A DNA stretch of 63,132 nt, filler included, from Octopus bimaculoides (lineage: Eukaryota), in the NCBI RefSeq assembly GCF_001194135.2. It is 3 parts of 3 records of this genome, joined end to end, with 100 filler letters (N's around TTAATTAATTAA, not from the genome) between each part and the next. Parts side by side here need not be neighbours in the genome. Positions count along the whole stretch, not along the records: positions 49,549 to 63,132 come from NC_068996.1; 2 more parts are not named here. One strand, given 5' to 3'. A program made the position numbers and the translations under genes. Each line of letters begins with the position of its first letter. The first letter of the stretch is position 1. Positions 49,549 to 63,132 of this stretch are shown here, piece after piece. The notes beneath the pieces are model-generated. The model saw nothing but the letters and a program-made list of their open reading frames with translations, did no database searches and was not told the DNA's origin.

Positions 49549-51414
49549 ATGAGTGACTGGTTGTTCGAAGACATTTATTGATTGTAAATATTTTCTGCCC
49601 AGTTACCTATCGGTAGAGTGGTCATTTGCAAACTCCAGAGGCGACACTTTCATTTCCCTTTACTCCAAACGTCACACATTGTTGTTTCTATTGAGTCATG
49701 CCCTTCCAATTGCTATAGATCCATAATGCATCTTAAAGCTGTACCTGTCACCTGTATGGTGAGGAATCCTACATTGGGGAGTAGTAACGACTAGGCTACG
49801 GTAGCTGACTGATTATCATGATCATTCGTCTTTTGCTTTCCTGTAGCTTTGCTCTCTTTTACAAACCCAGTGAACATACATATATTTCCTATTTTAAAGA
49901 AATTCAACCCATGTTTTCTTCTGTTCATTAGAAAACAGAAGAAAACACGAACAATTCTTTTCAAAGATACCTGCATCTTCTAGTCATTAGCAACATTCAG
50001 AAATCTTGTCATTTGCTCACCTTATCTATGCTGCTACACTGTTCTTCTTCATTCTCCTAATCAAAAACAACAGGGCACAGTTTGGTGACTGATTGTCATT
50101 GCAATGACATCAGCAAGGTTATTCTTTCTTTACTTGGTTATGCAACCAGGCATACTCTGAAAGCAATGACTTGCATATGGCCAGAATGTGCTTCAATGAT
50201 GCTAGCTTCTGCTCTGATGTCAATCAGCAGTGTTACTCCAGACACACCATCCAATAGTTGCTGGGAGAAAAAAACTTTCAACCTGGCTACCGTCTCCATT
50301 TTCCATATATTTCATGGTAGCTCCCTCAGCTCATCTGTTCTCCATTAAGGCCATGTTCATTGGTTCCCCAATTGCACTGCTTTAATTGCAGGCTCTTCCT
50401 ATACAGTGCAGTAAATTCTTTTGATCACAATATCTGCCTGTCTATGTTTTTCACCTCTTTTATTTCCAGGGCCATCTCTTAACTTCTCAAGATTTCTCAT
50501 GTTCTATTTCTTTCTGTCAACACTCTTGGCTGGGATGCACAAACAACTGAGTTCACTAAATCCTGGTAGCATTACATGGCAATGGGCTTTTACTGCTTCA
50601 CCAGTGATGTTGAAGGCAACAGTAACACTATAAAGTTCCATTCCTGTAAAACACTGTAGGAAGGCAAGCCCTCTCATAGGAAGTTACTAGAATATTTTCT
50701 CATTCTTTCCACTCTTGTTAATAGCATTTAATGCACATGAAGTGGTCATAAGAGCCTCAGCAAAAGGCTATGTTAACAACACCACACCTTGAATTTTCCC
50801 GCCAGATCACAATTATAAATAGCAGTTCCTGTTATAATAAGGCCTCAACCTCAATACCTCTCCTAGTATCATTTAAGGATACTGCCAACCTTCTTAATTG
50901 TCTGTTCCCCAGTTGGTGGAACTTATTTTTATTATATATTCCTTAGATTTGCTGTGATGGATAAATGAAAACAGAGCTTTTCAACAGATATTTGATTGAG
51001 AATTGTCAAACTTCATAAGCTGAAATGGAGTTTTTGAGGAATGACTGCTGAGAGTGGACACCTAATGACCGCTACTCAACATTCTGTAGACACCTCTAAA
51101 GGAATTGGTAGCTATTTGCCAACCCTCAATCATGGCAGCTGTGTAAAACTACATGAGTATTCAACAAAGGAAATCTAGGAAAAAGAGTGAATTGTATCAT
51201 TATATAGATAAGAATAGGAAGAAATTCTTGATAATACGATATTGTTCATCATTTAACATCTGTTGTCTATGCTGGCATGGATTGGACGATGTGACTAGAG
51301 CTGGAAAGCTGGAAGGGTGGGGTGGGGGGCTGCACTAGACTCCAGTCTGATTTGGCATGATTTCTACAGCTAGATGCCTTTCCTAATGCCAACCACTTTA
51401 CAGAGTGTGCTGGG

Positions 51415-51595
51415 TGCTTTTACGTGATATCACATGAGTGTGTTTATGTGACACTACATCACAGGTGCTTTTATGTAGCACCATGCTGGTACTTTTACAT
51501 GGCCCCATGCGGACGCTTTTATGTATTGTCACACAAGTGCTTTTATGTGGTACCACGCAGGCACTTTTACATGGCACCACTGTGAGCACTTTACA
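51415..51595. repeat. ~24-bp minisatellite (gtgcttttatgtggcaccac) next to a family-E repeat
   Basis: About 7 diverged units. Confidence 0.7.
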
Positions 51596-51639
51596 CAACC
51601 AGAAAGATCAGTCTTAACACTTTGGTTGCAGGGTACAGG

Positions 51640-51850
51640 TCTTCTTGAGTATAGTAAGGCATCAGGTATCTCGGTCCTTTGTCATCTCACCTGAAAGGTT
51701 CAGCTTCCTGAGGTTGTCTCCAGTACTTCATCTTATGTCTTCTTGGGTCTCTCACTTCCACGTGTTCCATCCACTTTGAGAGATCGGCACTTCTTTATGA
51801 AACTGTCAGCATCCATCAACATAACATGACCAAACCAGTGCAGTCTCCTC
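51640..51850 (-). mobile_element. RTE LINE 3' fragment
   Basis: HWFGHVMLMDADSFIKKCRSLKVDGTRGSERPKKT, same family as 200-440. Confidence 0.75.
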
Positions 51851-52149
51851 ATCAAATTTATATATTCAATGCTTCATAGAAGTGATTCAATTTTGAGAAA
51901 TTTCAGGTATTTGGCCAAATTCAGTGCCATATGCTATATTCTTTGATGTACACATTCCATTTTAGAGAAAAAGGATTATTTCTTTGAAAGTTCTTAAATA
52001 AAGTGCTATTTGTTTTTGTAGCATTAATTGTATTAATTACATTTGGTTCATTGATAATATTTATGTTGAAAATCATTTAAAAGATAATTGCCCACCCACC
52101 TGTTCACAAATATAATTTGAATCATGATCTAATAATTGGAAAGCATTAA

Positions 52150-52470
52150 TGGTTCCGGGTAAGTGTCTTCTACAATAGCCTCAGGCTGAGCAAAACCTTG
52201 GGAGTGGATTTGGTAGATGAAAGCTGAAAGAAGCCCCACGTGTATATACATATGTATGTATGTTTGTGTGTCTGTGTTTGTCCCCCCACCATTGCTTGAC
52301 AACCGATGCCGGTGTGTTTATGTCCCCATAATCTAGCATTTCAGCAAAAAAGACCGATAGAATAAGTACTAGGCTTACAAAGAATAAATTCCGGTGTTGA
52401 TTTGTTCAACTAAAGGCGGTGCTCCTGCATGGCCACAGTCAAATGACTGAAACAAAGGAGTAAAAGAGAG
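52150..52470 (+). mobile_element. SINE family A, 5'-truncated
   Basis: Matches the reverse complement of 4620-4920. Confidence 0.75.
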
Positions 52471-52991
52471 TCCCATTCTTTCATAAACTAGTAGCTGCAT
52501 ACATGATATTCCATTAGAGTTTCTAAAATGTAAGCAACCAAACTACATTTATCAGCATACTATAGCTCAATGAGTTGTTCAAATCTGATCTTGGCGGTGG
52601 CCTGCAGCCTTGATTTTGTTAATAGTGGCTCCTGCCTCCTTTCTCAGCCTTCTGCATAACAGTGCGGTCACACAGATGGACATATTAAATAATACAAGAG
52701 CCAGCATGGAGTCTTGCCCAACTCTGTTTTTTTTTAATACCAAGGGACTCAGATGTCTGCCTTCTAACAACTTTATTTATGTCATTTATGTAAGCAATAC
52801 ATATTTATTTTTCGTGTGTGTATGGGTAACAGGATATGAACCAATCTGCCTCAATCTAACTATGGTATGAATCTGGATTCTGAGGGAATATGAAACAGAT
52901 GATCGTATCTGGGTGGAGAGAAAAACCCCGCAAGATCTTAAACTTTAAAGGGTGAATGGATATGACAAAAAAGGACAAAAAATGTCTTTTT

Positions 52992-53030
<39 letters not shown>

Positions 53031-53544
53031 GCTTCTGTAAAACCTTGCAACCCAGCTAGTGGCTAGTTAGAATATACTCTAAAACACCATCAAGAAGAGG
53101 CCCAGTCCTTAAGCTTCTGATTATCGAACCTCCAGACATGATCCTTCTACCGTTTTTTTTAGCAACTGTTGATTTAATTTATGAGGTACATTAAGTCTAT
53201 CGATCCCAGCTATCTTGGAAGGACCCTACGGAAACCATAAGCACAAATTTCCACCAGATCGATAATAAATCAAAATGATAAAAACTATATACATATTTTT
53301 GACCACTGGGATATCAAGAAGTTCCGATTCTTACAGCTTATTGAATTAATGTTTGGCTAAGAGGTGAAACTAGGAAGTCGCAGTCAATCAAATATATGTA
53401 ATAGAGTTTAATCTACTAAATGTATTGAGCCATCAGTAAAACTTTGTTGTTGCTTGTAACTTTATAATTTAAGAACCCAAACATCAACACTCCAGTGTAT
53501 GAAATTAAATGTTGATGTCATTTACTCTTTCTCTCCCTCCTCCC

Positions 53545-53575
<31 letters not shown>

Positions 53576-56500
53576 AATCTGGAAAGTCCTCAAGCAAGTA
53601 CCCAAGTATTTCGAGTGATCACTTAATATTACCATACAAACTGGCAAAAGGACTTTGAAGTTCTGTGTACACAACGAACGAGTGATATATATACACACAT
53701 CAATACGTATAACAACATAGTAGTAATGTAATAGAAACAGAGCACAAAAACATAAACACAAAATTGCAGTAACTGATATTATAAACATTAGATCTTAATG
53801 ATAATAATACACCCATATTTAGATCCAACGAGAATGCCTGTACGTAGTCACTGAAATGCTAGAAATAACGGCCAAAGTTTCCATCAAATTGCATTTCACT
53901 GTCTTAAAAAAAAAAAACCCAGACAGAATAGATAATGTAGTCTTAGATACGCACTGAATATGGTCACGTTGCAACAACTTTAGGCCTGTTGGATCAGCAG
54001 TGAGTGAGTGAACTGGTGTTAAACAACAGTAATTATAACAGTAATTGACAATTATGACAATCATTAGCGATTCATTAGTTATGATAATCAAGAATAACGA
54101 CAAACAAGGAAGATTCAAATAAAAGTAAATTCTTATAGTATTTCAGTCAAATATAAAAAATATAAATACTGGTAAATATATACACATACGTACATACACA
54201 CATATGTGTGTATATATATANNNNNNNNNNTAATGTAAAACGAGTGGTACTTACTGAAAATTTTGGGGCTCTGTACAAAGGTCAAGAAACATGGGCGTAT
54301 CACAAGAAAGCTTCAAAAATTAATTTACTACATAATAATCAGCGTATGAGATAATAATAAACTATAAAAATGAGTATACTAGAACGACCGTCACCAAAAG
54401 GACTTGACAGTGACGTCTTAATATTATTTATTGTTGTTCGACAATGTTGTAGTGTGAGATGGAACGATGATATAGCTTTAACAAACAACAGATTTATTGA
54501 CTTGGGAGAATGATTGAATGAAGACGGTGCAATGTAGTTGTTTGTCCGGATGAATAGAAGAGTTGTCGTCTAATATAAATTAATTCCCTTGGTTTTAATT
54601 ATCTATTGGTCGATCTAGCAAAAATCGTTAGCGCGGCGGACAAAATGCAAAGCTGCATTCCATCTGGCTCATTGTTCTGAATTCAAATTCTGCCGAGGTC
54701 GACTTTGTTTTTCATCCGTTGAAGTATCAGTTGAGCAGTGAGGTCGATATAATCGTCTGGCCCCCCTTCCTCCCTAAATTTCAGGCTGTGTGGCTATAAC
54801 AGAAAGAATTATTATCATTCCTTTTTTTTTTCTCGCTTGTTGTATTTAGATATACACGCGAAATTCTTTAAATTAAATCATGTTTTCAATTAGCTGTTGT
54901 TTCATTTTGTTGGTAAAATAGTTCTCAAAATACAACCTAAACATAATTAGTTTGTTCTTGTGCGGCATCATTTTTATAGAGGAGACTATTTTATACACGA
55001 CACCGTCATGCTGGCCAGGAAGAGCATAAGAATGCATAGGACATTTAGCTGAAGTGATTATATATACTTTTGTGTCTGGGTAGAGTAATTTTCTTGTGCC
55101 TTAAAATTATATATATATATATATAATTCCTTCGAAATGAACACATGCAACGGTTATAATATTTACATTTTAATAATTACCATGCTTATATTGTATTTTA
55201 ATGGTAGCAGTTGATAATGATGTCAACGAATGAAGCTACACACTCGAATAGCCGAGCATTCTAATCCAGTATATATATATACTTTTCACAATTGACTCAT
55301 GGGGCATTCCTTCGATATAACACGACAAAATCAAAACATTACACTTCGGGTATTTCCGTGGATTGTGGAATATAGATATAACGGAATTATGCCAGCAATG
55401 TCTCATTTTAAACGAGTTATATCGAAGGAATGCCACTCCTGGCTAATGTTTAAAATCACTTCTTTTATACTTAATTCTATTTATTAGCAATGTGAAAACT
55501 GTGGATTAGCTGTCTCTCCACACATCCAAGTTTATAAGTTTTAATTGATAAGATTATTTTGGTCGAGCTGACTTAATTTTAGATATACTTGCTTCTGGCT
55601 GAAGTGTGCTGAGATCATGTGTTGAAACTGAATCAATTACATTCTGGCTGAGTCATACATTTATAGACAGGCATAAATGTGTAGTTAAGAAGTTCGTCGT
55701 TTCGGGTTCGATCTCATTGCGCATGTATCTTCTACCACATCCTCGGCATGTGATAGAATTTGGTAGATGGAAACCTTATCTTTGTGGTGTGTGCCCCTCT
55801 GTGTTTATGTAGAGTTTTTTACAGGGGCGTTAAGTAAATTGTATGAAATAGTTAGAAAACGGTAGTAAATGTTAAAATTAGTGTAAATTACATGCTGTCT
55901 TTTATAGTTTTTAAATTTTCAACTACTTTGGAGTTTTGATAAACGTTATTCATATATAACAGGTGTCCCCTTCACCACGGATTTTTAAACTTTAAAGTTA
56001 GGAATGTGCATTATACTCGAGAAATAGCTTGCTGCAAACGTAATTGCGTTTTTTGTTTTTTCCATATGTATTAAAGATTACTATTATTTTAACACCAGTC
56101 TATTGTGCGTATGAAATATATTTTCCCGACATTTCTTTTAGTGGTACACCTTGTAATATAAGGGTATATTATACTTGAACATAGCGTGTTAATTTATTCA
56201 AGTACACTTACAAATGTGTTTGCACCAGTTGCTACCACGGTAAGTCACAGGCGTGGAGGACGACAATAACATTATCGACTTGCTTATTACTACATTTTAA
56301 TACCATCAGACACTTACATGTCCAATACTATAATATTGTAAATTATTCTAATATTTATTCCATGGTTCCCCCCTTTACATGCACAAAAATGTTCCTGTGT
56401 GGCTTATAACATGGCTCCATATCTTAGTTTTATTGTAAAGAGAGAAGACACTACCATTTTCTTTAAACAGAACATTATTTGGAGCTTCCTGCAAAGTGCT

Positions 56501-56924
56501 GTAAATACAGCTCTTGTATAGGTCAAATATGTCCCAAACATATTTGACCTGTTATGTATACCGTTTATATTAGTGGATGGTGTCCTCATTGTTTGTCAGC
56601 TTTTACTATGTTTCGGCTGTGTACAGACTAGCCTTCATCAGGTGTTTTGTGATTCATCTTAGCGTCTTGCCTGGGATTGAACTCAGATCCTTTAGGTTAC
56701 TACATTGCATCATCCAATGCCTTTATCCACTATGCGATGCCAACGTTGCATGTAAATCAATTCATGTTTGATACTAATCTCCTATAAGGAAGTGAGGCTT
56801 CCAGAGTCATTACGGAGTTGTCTCTCTTGTGATATACAAGGCTGATGATAGCCAAGTAGGTAGAAATGCATTCACTGTTCTGCAAAAGGGCATCTTGGAA
56901 TGATTTAGTGTTTTAAATCTGGTA

Positions 56925-57800
56925 GTCAATGTGGAAACTAAGGATAGATGAGTGGTTAGTAAGAGTTGTACAAGTCATGTACAGGGATGCTCTCAGTAAG
57001 GTGAGGGCTGGCAATGAGTATAGTGAAGAATTCTGCGTAGGGGTCCACCAAGGATCAGCCCTCAGCCCCCTCTTATTCATCATTGTCCTCCAGGCAATAA
57101 CAGGAATTCAAGACAGGATGCCCCTAGGAACTCCTCTATGCTGATGACCTTGCTCTAATAGCTGAGTCACTATCAGGAACTAGAGAAGAAGTTTTAGGTG
57201 TGGAAGCAAGGTATAGAATCGAAGGGCCTCAGAGTCAATCTAACAAAAAACAAAGTATTAGTAAGTAGGAAGGCAGACAAATCATAAATTCCTTCAGGTA
57301 GATGGCCCTGATTGATCTGTAGAAAAGGCGTAGGTAGAAAATCCATAAGATGTACCTAGTGTAAGCTATGGACACATAAGAGGTGCAGCAATATCAAAAG
57401 AAGGCTAACTGGGAAGATAGTTTTTATCTGTGGCAAATGCACAGGGGCAATAAACACTGAAAATGTGTAGAAAACAGCTTCTGTCACATGTCAGAAGGAA
57501 AATCTAGAAGTGGTTTATAGCTTCCGTTACCTAGGTGACCAAGTCAGTATTGGAGGTGGATGCTCTGAGAATATAGCTGCTAGAATAAGAATAGCCCGGG
57601 AAAAGTTCAGAGAGCTCCTACCTCTGCTGGTAACAAAGGGCCTCTTGCTCAGAGTGAAAGGGAGACAGTATGACAGCAGTGAAACATGGGCTGAGGACAT
57701 GTGTAAACTTGCAAGAAATGAAGCTAGTATTCTCCACTGGATGTGAAATGTCAATGTGCATACATGACAGAATGTCAGCACTCCGAGAGAAAAGTAGGAT
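56925..57800 (+). mobile_element. RTE LINE RT fragment, frameshifted
   Basis: IDEWLVRVVQVMYRDA...GVHQGSALSPLLF...LLYADDL...FRYLGD...KFRELLPLL. Confidence 0.88.
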
Positions 57801-59569
57801 ATAGGAAGCATGGTCGATGCCAGTTACTGCTTAACTGGCCGTTGTGCCAGTGGCATGTAAAAAGCACCCACTACACTCTTGGAGTGGTTGGTATTAGGAA
57901 GGGCATCCAGCTGTAGAAACCTTGCCAGATTAGATTGGAGCCTGGTGCAGCCTTCTAGTTTACCAGTCCTCAGTCAATCCGTCCAACCTATGCCAGCATG
58001 GAAAGCAGATGTTAAATGAAGTTGATGATGATGATGATTACCTTAAGAAAGAATTCTTCACATTGGCAAACACCAGTGAAAATGGCCTTTGCACATGTCA
58101 AATATACCCCAAATGTATTTAAACTGATATAAATATTTATAAACTAAATCAATGTAAAATTCCTTTAGATGGAAACCATATATATATCCCTTCATCTGGC
58201 TGAAGAAAAAGAAGTAATGTTATGTACTCCATGGCAATGCATTGTGATTGGTTATACATTAAAAAGAAAGCCGTGTTTAAACCAAACCTCTTTTATGATT
58301 TGAATCAAAAATTGTGAAGTACAGCTGGTAGTGCTCCACAAAATTAACTGTGAAACCTGATAGTTGTAAACATGGGTGAATTTCTGAAATAAACAAAATT
58401 TTAGCTAAATGCCTGAACAGATAGCAAATACTAGCAATCTCTACATAATGTAATAAGCTTGTCTTTATGTCTCATTACTTGGCATTTCAGCAAATAGATA
58501 TCAATAAAGTAAATAAATACTAACCTGACATAAGTATTGTCAATGCAATTAACTAAAAATCCTTGATGATGATATTCTAACATAGGTGCAGTCCAAAGAC
58601 TAATACTAGTAGGAAGGGATTAGTGATGGGGTAGCATTTCTGTTGCAGGTTGAAATAGAATGTTATGATATGGAAATAGTTTTAAAATGAGTACCTTCAC
58701 AACTTTTTTTTTGTTAAAAAAGAAATAGAAACCATGCCAAAGCTGACACTGGAACTTAGTGCAGCTCTATAACTCACCTGATCCTGTCAATCCTTCCAAC
58801 CCATGCCAGCATGGGAAAAAAATGTTAAGTAATGATGATCATCATCATGAAGATGATGCAACTGAGTAGCTTTCCACATAATTTCATTACAACATTAAAT
58901 TTTATTTGTTTGGCGAAAGATAGTAACAAGTCATTGCAGTCTTCTAAATATTTCATCTACATAAATATCCCCAAAATTCAGTACTTTCAAATTTAGTGCC
59001 AAAATCATTTTGAACAAAGCTTAAAACATTGAAAGAGCAGAGAGCAAGGACAAGGAGTGAATAGCTGTTTTTTTGTTTTTTTTTAAAACTCTTTTCATAC
59101 CAACTCACTAGCCAGTTCTAGCCAGTTCTATGACAAACTTCCTATTTTAAAGTGATGTAAATTAAAATCTTCATTCAAAATTTCGTGTTAATTTATGTTC
59201 CATACACCAGTTATTTTGCTAAATTCTTCATTAATTTGAAGACTAATTGATACAAAAACAGCGTACATCAACAGAAATATCATAACAAAGGGGTTAAGCA
59301 GAACAGGAACGAGTGATATGAAAGGCTTAAACTTGCTCATTTTAATGATTGGTTTGATCCTATAACATCAGTAAAAAGTCATTGCCAATGTTTTGTTGAC
59401 CTGTTATAATTTTGATGAAGTGAGGATTCAATTTTACACCAATCTAATTTGATCCATAGTGGTTATCCTGTAATGCATCAACTCCAGTAATCAATCTTCT
59501 GAAGAGGAAAGATTGATAAAAAAGCCAAACTTGCTATCTCCGATTCAGTTTCCATCTCTATCCTCACTT

Positions 59570-59900
59570 ATGGTTATAAATGCTGGGTAATGACTGAATG
59601 GGTATGGTCACAAACGCAAGTAGTTGAAGTGAGGTTCTTCTGAAGGCTCTTTGGAGTAATGTTGCTTGACAGGGTGCATAGCTTAGAGGTCAGAGAGTCT
59701 CTCTAGGTTGAGCTGCCACTTCTCTGAATTGAGAGATCACAGCTCCATTGCAATGGATCTGTGATTAGAATGTCACTGGAAAGAATCACAAGGCAGATTC
59801 TTCAAGCTGAATCAACTGGCAAGAAATCTAGGGGTAGACCAAGAATAAGACATTTGGATAATATCCATTTTTGCTGTTGGTCATGTTATTTCATTGAAGA
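59570..59900 (+). mobile_element. LINE (RTE/L2-like) C-terminal fragment
   Basis: VEVRFF*RLFGVMLLDRVHSLEVRESL...IRMSLERITRQILQAESTGKKSRGRPR. Confidence 0.7.
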
Positions 59901-60019
59901 AGAAGGTTTTCAGCTGGTCATGGAGCCATTTTTGCACTGCTTCCTGCACTTTGTTTATAGCAAATCAACAACTTCATTATGGATGTTTGAGCAATTAAAA
60001 AATGTGATAGTTGGAAGGG

Positions 60020-60240
60020 GCAAGATCTGAACTGTATGCATGATGTCACAGCAACTTTAAACTCAATTATTCATTGGTTTCAACAGTGTGGGCAGCAATA
60101 TGTGGGTGTGCATTGTTGTGCAACCATAGCATCTGATTTGACAACAGACCTTAGCATTTGGTATGAATTGCTGGTTTCAATTTGTTGATCAGCATTTCAC
60201 TGTAGCTTACACTGGTGACTTTAGACCCTTTTTTCCAGGT
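60020..60240 (-). mobile_element. mariner catalytic-domain relic
   Basis: YSEMLINKLKPAIHTKC*GLLSNQMLWLHNNAHPHIAAHT resembles LKPAIRxKRRGLL...LLHDNARPH. Confidence 0.7.
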
Positions 60241-60329
60241 AATGTTTCAGTTTAGGCTTTTTCTGCATTCCAAAAAAAACAGCACCAGTTTTCCTGCAGA
60301 GGGTTGAGTCATGAATTTTTTTTGCTGGC

Positions 60330-62700
60330 AATTCTGGGTGTTCCCATTCTATACTCTGCAATTTGGATTAAGGCTAAAACTGGTACCACTTTCCTTTAAT
60401 TCCCAAATTTTATTTGATAACGACGTAAAATTAGCCTTATGTTTAAGTCTAAAAGATGACAAGTGGTTATATATATGCTGTTTCAAATTAATCGTACATC
60501 CCAAGTAAATATAATTATCAGTTATAGTACTTATTGTGCATTTATGTACTACATTTCTGGTGAGACATCGACCTAATAATGGACAACAGAACTTATTTCT
60601 ACAATTGCAACTAGTGGAACTATCAACAACACCAATATTATTACTAAGATTTAAATCATTGCTGTTACCATTATTCACATTGATATTATTTCTCCTATTA
60701 TTAATTCTATTATCAGGCTTGTTATGATCACTTCTATTACTATCTAATCCCATTTCCATCATGCTATCAGATAGAATCATTCCTGCAGCATCAGGCATAC
60801 TAATATTTTCTATTTCCATATATGAACTAGAACCATGATTCACATCATTATCATTAGAGGTGCTACTACTATCTATTTCAATTGTACTTCCAACATCAAT
60901 ACCACTATATTCATTATGCTGGTTTAAGTTATGTTTGACGGACCTAAGAATATTGCTGTTACCTTCATAATTCCTATTGCCATTGTTATTTCCACTTCCA
61001 TTTCTATAATTATTGGTAATGCTATTACTAATCGTTGTTTAACATCCGCTTTCCATGCTAGCATGGGTTGGATGATTTGACTGAGGACTGGTGAAACCAG
61101 ATGGCTACACCAGGCTCCAATCTGATTTGGCAGTGATTAAATTATTATTGATATTTCTATAACTATTACCACCATTTTTATTTTCAATGAGTCTGGCTAA
61201 TCCTATGTTCTTTCTATTTAACCTAGCTATGATTGTACCTATATTAGTAAGGGTCAAGTATGAGATTCGGACTGTATTACATGAAAAGATTCTACTATAT
61301 CTGTGGGAAGAAGGAAAATATTTTTGTAAAATAGCTATAAATTTTGGTATATTTTAGTGGAGACTGCACAGTTGAATGGGATATTGAACCAGACAGGATT
61401 TTTATTTTTCAATTTATTGCATGAATGAGTACAGGATACATTTTGATTACCATTATTCTCTAGAACAATATTATGATTTATAGTTTTGCATACCTTTTTG
61501 TGGAATCCCTATTATTTTGTAGAGTAACTATATCATTTGCATTACCATTTCTTTTATCTAACCTAGTTTTTTTGCTGGTATTAGTATGTAGTCTCCTATC
61601 AAAATATACTCTATTATTATTCTTATTTAGAATGTCAAGTATGTAGGATGGTTTTTCATTTAGTATTTCATCACCACTAATTAAGCTAATAGACTTACTA
61701 TTACTAACATCATTATTAATATCTCTTTCAAAAGGAGTTGGCCTTCCAGGACAGAAGAAAGAAATTTTCTGGCCATATCCTGCTTTAGACAAAGCAACAT
61801 TGTAGTACTATGAATGAGAATTAAAAATATCAATATTTGAAGATAACTTAGTAATTCTCTCAGAAATGTTTTTACTATTAATTTTAATACATTAGGTGTG
61901 GGGGGGGGGATTAGATAATTTATTCACATACCTTGTAACCTTGTCCTCTTTTCTATAGGGGTAGTACAATTTAAAGTCTACGTTTAGAATTGTGTCCCCA
62001 AAATTTACTAGCTTAGTACCATATTCATACGTAATACTTAAGTTGAAGCTTTTAAAAAATTTTCTAATTTTCTTTCTCATTCTTTCAATGATTGATTTAT
62101 TGTTACTAGGGATGATGAATAAGGCATCATCCCCATATAAACTGCCCTGCAGCTCTGGGATTTCCTTATTTAGGCTATACAAGAGGTATGCACCTACTAG
62201 ATTTGTAATTTCAGCTAAGTCGCTCGACCCCGTCGCTATATCGAAGTTGTCTGGAGTGTCAGCCCTCATCCAAAGTTTGCCATCAAATTCAATAATAGTT
62301 CTTCTAGCTAACAGAATAATATCAATTTTATCCATAGTAATAAGAGAGCAATTTTTAGCAAAAATAAGAGCCTTATTTAGAAGTATTAGGGATATGCTTG
62401 AATAATAACTATTTATGTCAAATTGGATAAAAGAATAATTACCAGTGTTATCGATAGATCTGAACCACTTAAGTACCTCATCATTATCAATCCATAATTT
62501 TAAAGTTAAGTTGGGAATTATAAAGGGTAGAATATTGTCAAGAATAAGTTTACTAAGCCGGCCAATATCAGACCTAGTTGGGCAAATAAGTCTGACAGTA
62601 GTGCTATCCTGGAAGTTTTTTGTGGATGTTTTGAAATTTCTTAATAGTTTTTAATAGTTCTTAAACCGTTTAAAGTTTAATTTGATGCCTGACCCTAATA
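60330..62700 (-). mobile_element. Penelope-like element: RT, linker, CxC motif and C-terminal GIY-YIG endonuclease (decayed)
   Basis: FIQFDINSYYSSIS, FDIATGSSDLAEITNLVGAYLL, LYGDDAL, VWFNIPF...RIFSCNTVRISY, CNCRNKFCCPLLGRCL, VVHKC...YIYLGCT...NHLSSF...TSLSNKIWELK. Confidence 0.88.
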
Positions 62701-62785
62701 TCTTATATATCTAATATCATTTAAAGGACACATAAGAGATAAAATTTATAATATAATTAATGTAAAGAATTGATACATAGGATTT

Positions 62786-63132
62786 GGGATAGAAGAATGG
62801 TTAGTGAGAGCTGTGCGAGCCATGTACAGAGATGCTGCCAGTAAGGTGAGGGTTGGAAATGAGTACAGCAATGAATTCCGGGTAGAGGTAGGGGTCCACC
62901 AAGGTTCCGTCCTCAGCCACCTCTTATTTATCATAGTCCTCCAGGCAATCACAGAGGAGTTCAAGACAGGTTGCCCCTGGGAGCTCCTCTATGCTGATGA
63001 CCTTGCCCTAATTGCGGAGTCACTATCAGAACTAGAGGAGAAGTTTCAGGTGTGGAAGCAAGGTCTAGAATTGAAGGGCCTTAGAGTCAACCTAGCTAAA
63101 ACCAAAATCCTAATAAGTAGGAAGGTAGATAA
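62786..63132 (+). mobile_element. RTE LINE RT segment with an open frame to the window edge
   Basis: GIEEWLVRAVRAMYRDAASKVRVGNEYS...GVHQGSVLS...WELLYADDLALIAES...KGLRVNLAKTK, no stops in ~115 codons. Confidence 0.9.

Noticed and set aside
50050-50900. Possible decayed transposase (CDLAGKFKVW-like motif on the minus strand)
   Set aside because: Too many stops and frameshifts to assign by eye; needs a profile search.

Overview
AT-rich, gap-rich animal DNA, most likely from an octopus/coleoid assembly (inferred from the bare C2H2 zinc-finger arrays, the SINE/RTE/Penelope repeat content and the microsatellite density). Two synthetic 100-bp joins (44N-TTAATTAATTAA-44N at 19294-19393 and 49449-49548) split the window into three pieces whose adjacency is not sequence-supported. 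Piece 1 (1-19293) is a tandem cluster of three minus-strand C2H2-ZNF paralogs: ZNF-A (16 fingers, 471 aa once a false gap is closed), ZNF-B (11 intact fingers, 364 aa) and ZNF-C (at least 14 fingers, 5'-truncated). ZNF-A and ZNF-B share an ETS+NRF1-type promoter, a non-coding exon 1 and one coding exon with no effector domain. All three carry fossil C-terminal fingers in the 3' UTR. The most striking pattern is near-perfect identity of non-coding blocks between paralogs: a 96-bp 5'UTR block with uORFs and a 142-bp splice-acceptor block (A vs B), and a 109-bp poly(A) block (B vs C), while the fingers have diverged. Pieces 2 and 3 are mainly transposon relics (Merlin is in piece 1; Helitron, Tc1/mariner, Gypsy, L1/Tx1, R4-like, RTE, Penelope). 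They also hold an intact-looking minimal hammerhead ribozyme, a head-to-head 20-bp GC-rich satellite, an 18S rRNA fragment with a (GAA)n tail and a weak candidate micro-exon gene. No CRISPR array or true tRNA gene is supported. Repeat boundaries are approximate and were read by eye.
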